Assembly (NCBI GenBank): GCA_963771075.1
Contig: CAVYSE010000001.1
Span: forward strand, 96,001 to 160,000
Direction: 5' to 3'
DNA length: 64,000 nt
Source: a candidate division FCPU426 bacterium
Lineage (GTDB): Bacteria; Oederibacteriota; Muellerivitia; Muellerivitales; Muellerivitaceae
The notes under the pieces were generated by a model. The model was not told the DNA's origin. It ran no database searches and saw nothing but the letters and a program-made list of their open reading frames with translations. Position numbers and translations under genes: made by a program. Shown piece after piece: positions 25,463-33,360 of this stretch. How positions within the stretch are numbered: the first letter of the stretch is position 1; the number at the start of each line of letters is the position of its first letter.

Positions 25463-26497
25463 ATGTATGGCCGGATATCAAACTTTAACGGGAAACTTTC
25501 AGTGCCATTTAAATTCGCGCTTCTTTTGACCTTTCTTCTTGTCCCGGCGCTTCTCGTTCGGGCTGATGAAGAGGCGCCCCCTCAAGGCATGGTGAGGTTT
25601 GAATCGGTGTCAGGGACCGTCGCGGTTCAAGCTTTGGGCGGAATGACCCGGGCGGTTCAAAAAGGCGACGAGGCTTACTCGGGCGAAACAATCACGGTCG
25701 CTGAAAAATCCCAATCGCAAATCATGCTCTCGGACGGTTCCACCCTGGATCTCTTCGCGAACTCCCGCATGGCCCTTGCCAAGCTCAAGCAAACCAACGG
25801 TGTCAAAAACTTTTTCTTCAAGCTCGGGCTCGGGAAGGTCTACGCCACCGTTACCAAGTTGATGAATTCCAATTCTTCCTTCGAGGTGGATGCGGGCGGG
25901 ATCGTATGCGGTGTCCGGGGTACGGAGTTCTCGGTGGATTACGACCCTGCGACGAATAAGGTGGGGCTGAACGTGGTGCAGGGGGTGGTGGCGGCGGGCG
26001 CCGGAGGACAGGTGCAAAACATCACGGCGGGCCAGCACGTGACGTTTATCAATGGGCACAGCGAAGGGAACCCGCTGGGGTCCGGGCCCACTTCCAAGAC
26101 GACAGGCAAACCCGCGGGCGGGACGAATACGGGGAACGGCCAAGGTAATTCCCAGGGCGGAAACAATACTGGAGGAAGTTCCAACTCGGGCTCGAACGGC
26201 AATGCGCCGCCCAACGGCAATGGGGGAACCAATTCCGGTTCAAGTTCCAACGGCGGTGTTCAGGGCGGGTCCTCTTCGACCGGCGGCAGCCCGACCGGAA
26301 CCAGCGAAACGGGGACGGGGACCACCAACCCCAGTTCCTCTTCCGCGGCGCCACCTTTAGATACCAATTCAGCCTTGGGCGATTTGAACAGCCAATTCAC
26401 GACAGGCATTCTGGTCAACACCGACAACAACTTTAATTCGGCCCAGCAAACCCTGACCATCCATCTGGTCGTGCCCGGCCGGGAGGTGGGACCGTGA
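25463..26497 (+). CDS. exported FecR-domain protein with a Gly/Asn/Ser-rich tail
   Basis: Signal peptide ending LLVRA; GETITV...LSDGSTL.L.ANS; CGVRGTEFSV; LNVVQGVV; start inferred. Confidence 0.8.
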   Translation: MYGRISNFNGKLSVPFKFALLLTFLLVPALLVRADEEAPPQGMVRFESVSGTVAVQALGGMTRAVQKGDEAYSGETITVAEKSQSQIMLSDGSTLDLFANSRMALAKLKQTNGVKNFFFKLGLGKVYATVTKLMNSNSSFEVDAGGIVCGVRGTEFSVDYDPATNKVGLNVVQGVVAAGAGGQVQNITAGQHVTFINGHSEGNPLGSGPTSKTTGKPAGGTNTGNGQGNSQGGNNTGGSSNSGSNGNAPPNGNGGTNSGSSSNGGVQGGSSSTGGSPTGTSETGTGTTNPSSSSAAPPLDTNSALGDLNSQFTTGILVNTDNNFNSAQQTLTIHLVVPGREVGP

Positions 26498-28221
26498 GCC
26501 GCCCATTCCCCCTTCCACCCGTTCCTTATCTGGTATCGGCGGCCCTGATCGTCCTGTGCCCGCCTTGGTCTTACGGAGGAGTGGTTCAGCCGATGGGGAG
26601 GTTGACGTCCGCGATGGGTTCGGTCAGCGTGAGGGGGGAAGTCGTCCCCCGGGAAAAACGCCAAATCCTGGCAGGGGACCGCATCCTGACCGGGAGCAAA
26701 GGCCGTACGGTCTTGGAACTATTGGATGGGACGGTGGTGCGAATGGAACCCGGTACCTCCTTGATCGTGAATGAGGGGGACCAGGGAAAAGCCCATATTC
26801 TTAAGATGATGTGGGGAAAATTGGAAGTGGAGGGCGCGGCCGGGTCCAAGAAGACCCTGGTCAAAACGGGAGAATTGGAATTTTCCTCGGCCCAATCGCG
26901 ATACACGGCGGATTACGACCCGGACCGGAAAGCTGCCCATTTAAAGGTGGAAAAAGGCGAGGTCACCCTGTCCTTTAGGGGGAAAACGGTGCAGGTGGCG
27001 GAGGGGCAGAAGGTCAATTTAAGTTCCGTGAATTCAAACCCGGTCCAGGTCGCTTCGGCCCTTGCGGTACCCCCAACCGCCGCCCAGCCTGTTTCCGCCG
27101 TTCAACCCACCCCGGTGCGGATGGCAGAGGCGCCGAAACCCAAACCTGCCGGTTCCACCACATTCCAATTGGCCCTAGGGGAGCAACTTGAGGCCTGGGA
27201 CGCCAACAGTTCCCAACCTTACGACGGTTGGGAAATCTGGACGCCCTTGACGGTTTGGGCCAGCCCCTGGAAAGGGGTCCGGCTCTATGGGCAAACGGAG
27301 TTCGGCCAGGGAAATTACACCGACTCCCTTTACGGACCCGAGACCCAAACCTTGACCAACTTCACGGACAGCGTGGCGGGGTTCGAGGCGAGCTTCAACA
27401 GCTTCAACCTGCCGTCCATCTTGAACGTCGCGTTCAACATCCCGACCGGGGACCCTTCCTGGGAGACGCGGCAAACGAATTCGATCATCCCGACGGAGTT
27501 CATCGACAGCCGGTACCGGGGCCGGGGTTTCGGAATGAGCGCCTTTTACGGGTTCTCGATGCCGGCGGGGAAGGATCAATACGCCCTGGCCTTGGGGTAC
27601 ATGTATGCGGGGGCGTTCAACCCGAATTACGGGCTGGGGGCGCAGGCGGAGCAGTTGAAGCTGGGGGACGCGATGTTCCTTTCCATGAACCGGGTGGTGG
27701 ACCAGGGGGGCGGCCAAAGCGACATCCTCCGGCTTTCGGCATTTTATTTCCTACCGACCCTGCAGGACGGCCAGAACCTGCTCCAGATGGGTCCCAACAT
27801 CAACGCTTCCTATACCTGGTCGAACCCCAAGGGGTTTTCCTGCGAGGCGGGCGGACAGTATTTCTTTGCGAACCAACAGGGGGTGAACGGCCAGCTGCAA
27901 ACCGAACCTTACAACTCCTACGGGCCGAGGTTTTACCTGAGGCCAAGCTTGGGGCTGGGGAACCTGTCCCTGGGGGTGCGGATGAAATACATCCTGGGGA
28001 ACGGCTATCCCGAGAGCGATCCCTTCTACGACGGCGGGGGGTTCCTGGTGGGGGCGGGCCCCAGTTATCTTTTGCCGTTGGATGGGGCATCCACGCTGAA
28101 ACTGACGGCGGGGTTTGATTACGTGGCGGCGCACCATTACGCCCTAGACGCGGCGATGGACCGGGTGGACATGGATTACACGCATTGGACCCTCGGGACG
28201 ACCTATGAGGTGAGGCTATGA
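26494..28221 (+). CDS. FecR-domain protein fused to a probable outer-membrane beta-barrel
   Basis: GDRILTGSKGR..LELLDGTVVRMEPGT FecR motif; Pro/Ala linker; ~350 aa of aromatic/Gly amphipathic strands ending TTYEVRL. Confidence 0.65.
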   Translation: MSRPFPLPPVPYLVSAALIVLCPPWSYGGVVQPMGRLTSAMGSVSVRGEVVPREKRQILAGDRILTGSKGRTVLELLDGTVVRMEPGTSLIVNEGDQGKAHILKMMWGKLEVEGAAGSKKTLVKTGELEFSSAQSRYTADYDPDRKAAHLKVEKGEVTLSFRGKTVQVAEGQKVNLSSVNSNPVQVASALAVPPTAAQPVSAVQPTPVRMAEAPKPKPAGSTTFQLALGEQLEAWDANSSQPYDGWEIWTPLTVWASPWKGVRLYGQTEFGQGNYTDSLYGPETQTLTNFTDSVAGFEASFNSFNLPSILNVAFNIPTGDPSWETRQTNSIIPTEFIDSRYRGRGFGMSAFYGFSMPAGKDQYALALGYMYAGAFNPNYGLGAQAEQLKLGDAMFLSMNRVVDQGGGQSDILRLSAFYFLPTLQDGQNLLQMGPNINASYTWSNPKGFSCEAGGQYFFANQQGVNGQLQTEPYNSYGPRFYLRPSLGLGNLSLGVRMKYILGNGYPESDPFYDGGGFLVGAGPSYLLPLDGASTLKLTAGFDYVAAHHYALDAAMDRVDMDYTHWTLGTTYEVRL

Positions 28222-31103
28222 CCCACCCACCCAAACTCGCGCGGAAATGGGCGGTCTTGGCGGCCTTGGGCCTGGGTTTGCTGGTGCCGGCCTATTGGGG
28301 ATGCCAGAACCGCAACAATTCCCCCACGGCGCCGGTGGGGCCGGTGAGAGGGGTTTCGTTAGGGATCAAATTGCCGGTGAGCCAGGAAGTGAAGGCGAGC
28401 CTGCTGGGGGTGGCAAGCAACGAGGTGTGGTACCAGGTCACGGGCCCCAACATGTCGCCGGTAACGGGCGTGGCGGGGCCCTACAGCACGTCGGCGGACT
28501 CGGGGGAGGTGGATTTTTCGATCGTCTTGTCCCAAGGGTCCTCCCGGTTGATGGCGTTCCAATTGAACAACGCGGCGAACCACCAGCCCCTTGCCTTGGG
28601 CGCGGTGCAGATGGACATCAACGCGGGCGGGGTGAGCGACGTCTGGGTGACGGTGGGGTCGGTGGCGCGCAACTGCTACGTAGTGGACACTTCCTATTAC
28701 GGCGGGAACGTTTATTTCACCTTCCAATCAGACAGCCTCTCCCCGAGCGTGGCGGGGGACATCGGCGTTACGGTGGTCTCGGGAGGCTACAACCTGGTGG
28801 CCGAGGGTGCGAACCAGATCGCCTACCTGGGGAACGGCCCCTTGGTGGATTACGCCGCGGCCCCCGCGACCTTCACGCAAACTTCCTCCTCGGCGGCGAA
28901 GGGGGCCGCGGGGGTTTCGCCAACCTATCTGCAAGCGGGGGATGTCTATTGCGTGAGCCTGGGGGCCAACGGGGCCCTGGGGCACGCCTGGCTTCAAATC
29001 ATCAACCCGAGCCAGCCTTTCTCGACGATCTCCACGGGTCCGAAGTTCCTGTATCGGTTCAACCACAACCTGCCCTATTTCGCCTATGACGAGACGACGG
29101 CGGACGCGGTATCCAACTGCTCGACGCCGATCCCGACCTATACGATGATTATCGCCAACACCCTTACCCCCACGGCCACGATCACCCCGAGCCAGACGCC
29201 GGTCCCCACGAACAGCTCCACCCCAACCCCTTCCCAAACGGCCACCAGCACCACGGTTCTTACCGCGACCTCCACGCTTACGGCGACCCTGCCCCCGGCC
29301 ACCCCTACGGCCACTGGCACAGCGACCGGCACCTATAGCGCCACCCAAAGCCCCACTTTCAGCCCAACAACTACCAACACGATGACGCCCACACCCACGG
29401 GGACCGCTACGGGGACCGAAACCATCACCCTGACAGCCTCAATTTCGCCCACGATCACAAGCACCAATACCCTGACGCCGACGATCACGAATACGATGAC
29501 GCTGACACCCACCACCACCGACACTGTCACGCTCACGCCCACGGTAACCGACACTTCCACCAGTACGATCACCTTAACGCCGACGCTCACGCTGACTCCG
29601 ACGGTCACCACTACCTACACGAATACGAACACCTTGACCCCATCCGTCACATTGACTCCCACGGTTACCGATACATCCACCAGTACGGTCACCTTAACAC
29701 CAACGAGCACGCTGACTCCGACGGTCACCACTACCTACACCAACACGAACACCTTGACCCCGTCCGTAACATTGACTCCCACGGTTACCGATACTTCCAC
29801 CAGTACGGTTACCTTAACGCCGACGATCACCTTGACACCGTCGGTCACCACTACCTCCACCAACACGAATACATTAACGCCAACGGTTACACTGACTCCC
29901 ACAGTCACCGATACTTCCACCAGTACGGTCACCTTAACGCCGCCGACCACGCTGACTCCGACGGTCACCACTACCTACACCAACACGAACACCTTGACCC
30001 CTTCCGTCACATTAACTCCCACGGTTACCGATACTTCCACCAGTACGGTTACCTTAACGCCGACGACAACCTTGACGCCGTCGGTTACCACTACCTACAC
30101 CAACACGATCACCTTGACCCCGTCTGTCACATTGACTTCCACACTCACCGATACTTCCACCAGTACTGTCACCTTTACCCCGACAGTCACCTTGACACCG
30201 TCGGTCACCACTACCTACACCAACACGATTACCTCCACCCCCTCCATCACATTGACTCCCACGGTCACCCCGACCTCGACGAATACAGGCACCCAGAGTT
30301 TCACCCCCACTATCACCAATTCGGCCACGACTACGGCCACGGTGACGCCGACGCCCACGGCGACATTGACGGTGGTGTCTATCCCGGATCCGAATCTTTT
30401 GGCGGGAATTCAAACCGCCTTGAGCCAAAACGGCTCTTACCAACCGACGAATTATGACATGATGAGCCTGACTACCTTGAGCTTGGCCAGCAAGGGAATT
30501 ACGAGCATCGCGGGTCTTCAATATTGCTCAAACCTGACCCAGCTAAATTTGAATAGTAATTCGATCACCGATATGAGCCCGGTGACAGGCTTAACGAAGC
30601 TCACAGTCCTCGAACTGAACAGCAACCAGATCAGCAATGTCCCGAGTCTCGGTGGAATGACATCCTTGGGGATTTTTTACCTTAGCAGTAATCCCATCAA
30701 TGGGAATATTTCCTTCATGAGCAATATGCCGTCAAGTCTCCAGGCCTTGGTCCTGGAAAGCGACAATATCACGAGTATGCCCAGTACCTCCGGAAACTTG
30801 ACCCAGTTGGATTTATCCTATAACCAATTGACTTCGATGAACGGCGGCGATGTATTGCAGACTTTGATTTTATCCAACAACCCACTCACCACCTTGAGCG
30901 GCTTGACCGGGGGTGGATGGACCCTTACCACGCTCGATGTGAGTTATACCGGTATTACGGACTTGTCCCCGGTCGTAACCCTTGCCCAGTCGGGCTATAG
31001 CAACCTAAGTTCTTTGATTGTTACGGGGGACCCCTTGTCGACTGCCGCAACCACCACCCAGATTCCATTGATACAGGCCACCGGTGTCAGTGTGACGCAA
31101 TAA
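28218..31103 (+). CDS. lipoprotein with a Thr-rich stalk and C-terminal internalin-like LRR domain
   Basis: Lipobox-like AYWG|C after a hydrophobic stretch; ~400 aa (T-x)n region; IPDPNL cap and LxxLxLxxNxI repeats. Confidence 0.8.
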   Translation: MTHPPKLARKWAVLAALGLGLLVPAYWGCQNRNNSPTAPVGPVRGVSLGIKLPVSQEVKASLLGVASNEVWYQVTGPNMSPVTGVAGPYSTSADSGEVDFSIVLSQGSSRLMAFQLNNAANHQPLALGAVQMDINAGGVSDVWVTVGSVARNCYVVDTSYYGGNVYFTFQSDSLSPSVAGDIGVTVVSGGYNLVAEGANQIAYLGNGPLVDYAAAPATFTQTSSSAAKGAAGVSPTYLQAGDVYCVSLGANGALGHAWLQIINPSQPFSTISTGPKFLYRFNHNLPYFAYDETTADAVSNCSTPIPTYTMIIANTLTPTATITPSQTPVPTNSSTPTPSQTATSTTVLTATSTLTATLPPATPTATGTATGTYSATQSPTFSPTTTNTMTPTPTGTATGTETITLTASISPTITSTNTLTPTITNTMTLTPTTTDTVTLTPTVTDTSTSTITLTPTLTLTPTVTTTYTNTNTLTPSVTLTPTVTDTSTSTVTLTPTSTLTPTVTTTYTNTNTLTPSVTLTPTVTDTSTSTVTLTPTITLTPSVTTTSTNTNTLTPTVTLTPTVTDTSTSTVTLTPPTTLTPTVTTTYTNTNTLTPSVTLTPTVTDTSTSTVTLTPTTTLTPSVTTTYTNTITLTPSVTLTSTLTDTSTSTVTFTPTVTLTPSVTTTYTNTITSTPSITLTPTVTPTSTNTGTQSFTPTITNSATTTATVTPTPTATLTVVSIPDPNLLAGIQTALSQNGSYQPTNYDMMSLTTLSLASKGITSIAGLQYCSNLTQLNLNSNSITDMSPVTGLTKLTVLELNSNQISNVPSLGGMTSLGIFYLSSNPINGNISFMSNMPSSLQALVLESDNITSMPSTSGNLTQLDLSYNQLTSMNGGDVLQTLILSNNPLTTLSGLTGGGWTLTTLDVSYTGITDLSPVVTLAQSGYSNLSSLIVTGDPLSTAATTTQIPLIQATGVSVTQ
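29525..30270 (+). repeat. 120-bp (40-aa) tandem repeat, about 6 units
   Basis: Variants of CCGTCACATTGACTCCCACGGTTACCGATAC recur at ~29640, 29760, 29880, 30000, 30120 and 30240. Confidence 0.9.
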
Positions 31104-31148
31104 TCCTTTCGAGCCTGCTAGGAAATAAGATCACTGAAAGGGATCCAG

Positions 31149-31163
31149 TCTGACCCTGTTTAC
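31149..31163 (+). repeat. third copy of the TCTGACCCTGTTTAC motif
   Basis: Identical to 14386-14400. Confidence 0.75.
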
Positions 31164-31196
31164 CACTCGGGCCGCCCTTTTGAACTCGATTCTTCC

Positions 31197-31226
31197 GATT
31201 TTCATTTCACCACCCTTTCGCCCGCA
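31197..31226 (+). repeat. 30-bp direct repeat left of higBA
   Basis: GATTTTCATTTCACCACCCTTTCGCCCGCA; 28/30 identical to 31898-31927. Confidence 0.9.
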
Positions 31227-31265
31227 CGTTTCCCATTGGAATTGAATCCCACTCGGCTAGTCCGC

Positions 31266-31294
31266 TTGACGTATTACGTACCTCGTAATACCAT
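31266..31294 (+). promoter_or_regulatory. higBA promoter with an overlapping palindromic operator
   Basis: TTGACG, 17 bp, TACCAT; inverted repeat GTATTACG-n5-CGTAATAC (31271-31291). Confidence 0.75.
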
Positions 31295-31299
31295 TAATC

Positions 31300-31578
31300 A
31301 TGATTCGATCTTTCCGTGATAAAGACGCTGAGGCGCTTTTTTACGACAACGCGGTTCCTCGTTTCAGGAACATTGAGCGCGTGGCCCGGCGGAAGTTGCT
31401 TTATTTAAAAGCGGCCGAGCGGCTTGAAGATTTGCGGGTCCCGCCCGGAAACCAGTTAGAAGCCTTGAAGGGGGACCGAAAGGGTCAACATAGCATTCGT
31501 ATCAATGACCAATGGCGGGTTTGTTTTCGCTGGCACAACGGGGAAGTGTTGGATGTTGAGATTGTTGATTACCATTGA
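31300..31578 (+). CDS. higB: HigB/RelE-family toxin
   Basis: MIRSF...LEDLRVPPGNQLEALKGDRKGQHSIRINDQWRVCFRW...IVDYH. Confidence 0.95.
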   Translation: MIRSFRDKDAEALFYDNAVPRFRNIERVARRKLLYLKAAERLEDLRVPPGNQLEALKGDRKGQHSIRINDQWRVCFRWHNGEVLDVEIVDYH

Positions 31579-31586
31579 GGGGAACG

Positions 31587-31892
31587 ATGAATACAAAAAC
31601 AAAGAAGTTGGAACCTATCCATCCCGGGGAAGTGCTTTATGAGGAATTTATGAAGCCGATGGGCATCAGCATCAACCAATTGGCCCGGGACGTTATGGTG
31701 CCGCCCAATCGGATTAGCGGTATCGTGAACAGTGGCCGCTCGATTACCGCTGACACGGCATTGCGGCTTGGAAAGTATTTTGGCGTTTCACCGGAAACAT
31801 GGCTCAACCTTCAAACCGATTACGATCTTCGTCTTGCTCAATTGGGGGGGTGGTCCAAAATCGAGTCCCGAATCCACGCTCACACGGCTTGA
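31587..31892 (+). CDS. higA: HigA antitoxin (XRE HTH)
   Basis: PIHPGEVL.EEF...ITADTALRLGKYFGVSPETWLNLQ.DYDL; RBS GAGGGG favours ATG 31587. Confidence 0.95.
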   Translation: MNTKTKKLEPIHPGEVLYEEFMKPMGISINQLARDVMVPPNRISGIVNSGRSITADTALRLGKYFGVSPETWLNLQTDYDLRLAQLGGWSKIESRIHAHTA

Positions 31893-31897
31893 GTTCT

Positions 31898-31927
31898 GAT
31901 TTTCATTTCACCACCCTATCGCTCGCA
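31898..31927 (+). repeat. 30-bp direct repeat right of higBA
   Basis: GATTTTCATTTCACCACCCTATCGCTCGCA. Confidence 0.9.
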
Positions 31928-32082
31928 AATTCTCAATTACGAACAAAGGTTCCAACCCGAACCTATGGCGCATTAAGTCACTTTATAGAGCCTATCCCCG
32001 CGTCGGAGCCCCTCTTATAAAGTGGTGAATCATCCTTCTTTTTTGCTAAAGTCATCTCAATCCATAACTTAAGGAAACCTTC

Positions 32083-32868
32083 TTGCCCAAGATCGTGGTG
32101 GTGCTTCCGGTCTATAACGAGGAAAAGATGCTGGAGAACGTCCTTTCCCGCATCGCCCCCCGGTGCGACCTGGTGGTTTGCGTCAACGACGGATCCACCG
32201 ACCGGAGCCCGGAAATCCTCCAAAAATTCGCCCGGAAGCGCAAGAACACCTATATCGTCAACCTTTCGAAAAACAGTGGCATGGCCGGGGCGCTCAAGGC
32301 CGGGTTTCAATTCACCCTTTACCTGGAAAAGAAGGGAATCGTCAAGCCGGACGACATCGTCGTGACGATTGACGCGGACGGCCAACACAAGCCCGAATAC
32401 ATCCCCGAACTCGCGAAATACATGAACCGCCAAAAAACCGAGGTCGTGCTGACCCATAGGGACTTCTCGGCCTACCCCCTCTACAAGGTCTGGGGCAACC
32501 GGTTCCTCACCTTCACCAATTCGGCACTGTCTGGCCACAAGTACCAGGATGTCGAGTCGGGCCTGCGGCTTTTGCGGGTGAAGACCCTGCCGACCATCCT
32601 TTCCTATTACACGGGGATCAAGTACTCGTGCGCCCAGGAGATCGCGTTGATAACGGCACGGGCCGGTTTCCGCGTCGATAATGATTTTTGGGTGGAAATC
32701 GCCTATTATCGGCCGGGCACGACCTTCTCCGACGGGTTCATCGTATTGGGCCTAAGTCTCTGGTGCTGGGGGCGGATGCTGTTGCGGATACGGAAGGAAG
32801 TGGAAGTGGAAAGCGCCTTCAACCGGGAAACCTATCTCCATTCGATTCGATATTGGAAAAAGAAATAA
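32083..32868 (+). CDS. GT2 glycosyltransferase (DPM/DPG synthase-like)
   Basis: VVLPVYNEE, VNDGSTD, TIDADGQH, DVESG. Confidence 0.9.
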   Translation: MPKIVVVLPVYNEEKMLENVLSRIAPRCDLVVCVNDGSTDRSPEILQKFARKRKNTYIVNLSKNSGMAGALKAGFQFTLYLEKKGIVKPDDIVVTIDADGQHKPEYIPELAKYMNRQKTEVVLTHRDFSAYPLYKVWGNRFLTFTNSALSGHKYQDVESGLRLLRVKTLPTILSYYTGIKYSCAQEIALITARAGFRVDNDFWVEIAYYRPGTTFSDGFIVLGLSLWCWGRMLLRIRKEVEVESAFNRETYLHSIRYWKKK

Positions 32869-33254
32869 TGGACTCAACCGACTTCAATTTGCCCAAGGTC
32901 ACGTCTTTCTTAGCCTGCCACGCGGTCTTTCAAGACGTCTTGACAAAAAATTACGATTTGCGAGGCATGTTCTACGGATTTGGACCGCCGGGTTATCCCT
33001 TCGGGGCCGAATTCATGACCTTTACCCGTTTGAACCAGGACGGCAAGGGCGAGTTCCAAATCGACATCAGCCTTCACGACGGCCAGGGAACCAAGATCTC
33101 GGAATCAAACCCACGGAAAATCGGTTTTTCCGAAATGAATTTCCACGACCTCATTACCGCGTGGCGGGTTATCTTTCCCGCTTCCGGCGTCTATACCTTT
33201 AAGGTTTTTTGCAATAACCTCCCCATCGGCGAATACCAGGTTTTTTGCAGGTAA
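32868..33254 (+). CDS. small hypothetical beta-sandwich protein (DUF6941-like)
   Basis: ATG overlaps the GT2 stop (TAATG); FLACHAV..D..TKNYDLRGMF...FPASGVYTFKVF. Confidence 0.6.
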   Translation: MDSTDFNLPKVTSFLACHAVFQDVLTKNYDLRGMFYGFGPPGYPFGAEFMTFTRLNQDGKGEFQIDISLHDGQGTKISESNPRKIGFSEMNFHDLITAWRVIFPASGVYTFKVFCNNLPIGEYQVFCR

Positions 33255-33360
33255 TTTACGAATCGGGCCTATTTTGAACGTTTTTTTTGCAAAATAATTC
33301 GGCTATACTGCAACACGTTTTTGTTCCGGATATTAATCACTGCCAATTTTAGGGGACTTT

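Noticed and set aside
17954..30270. Possible CRISPR array or DGR template/variable repeats
   Set aside because: The repeats are in-frame coding units without unique spacers, differences are not adenine-specific, and no cas or reverse transcriptase gene is present
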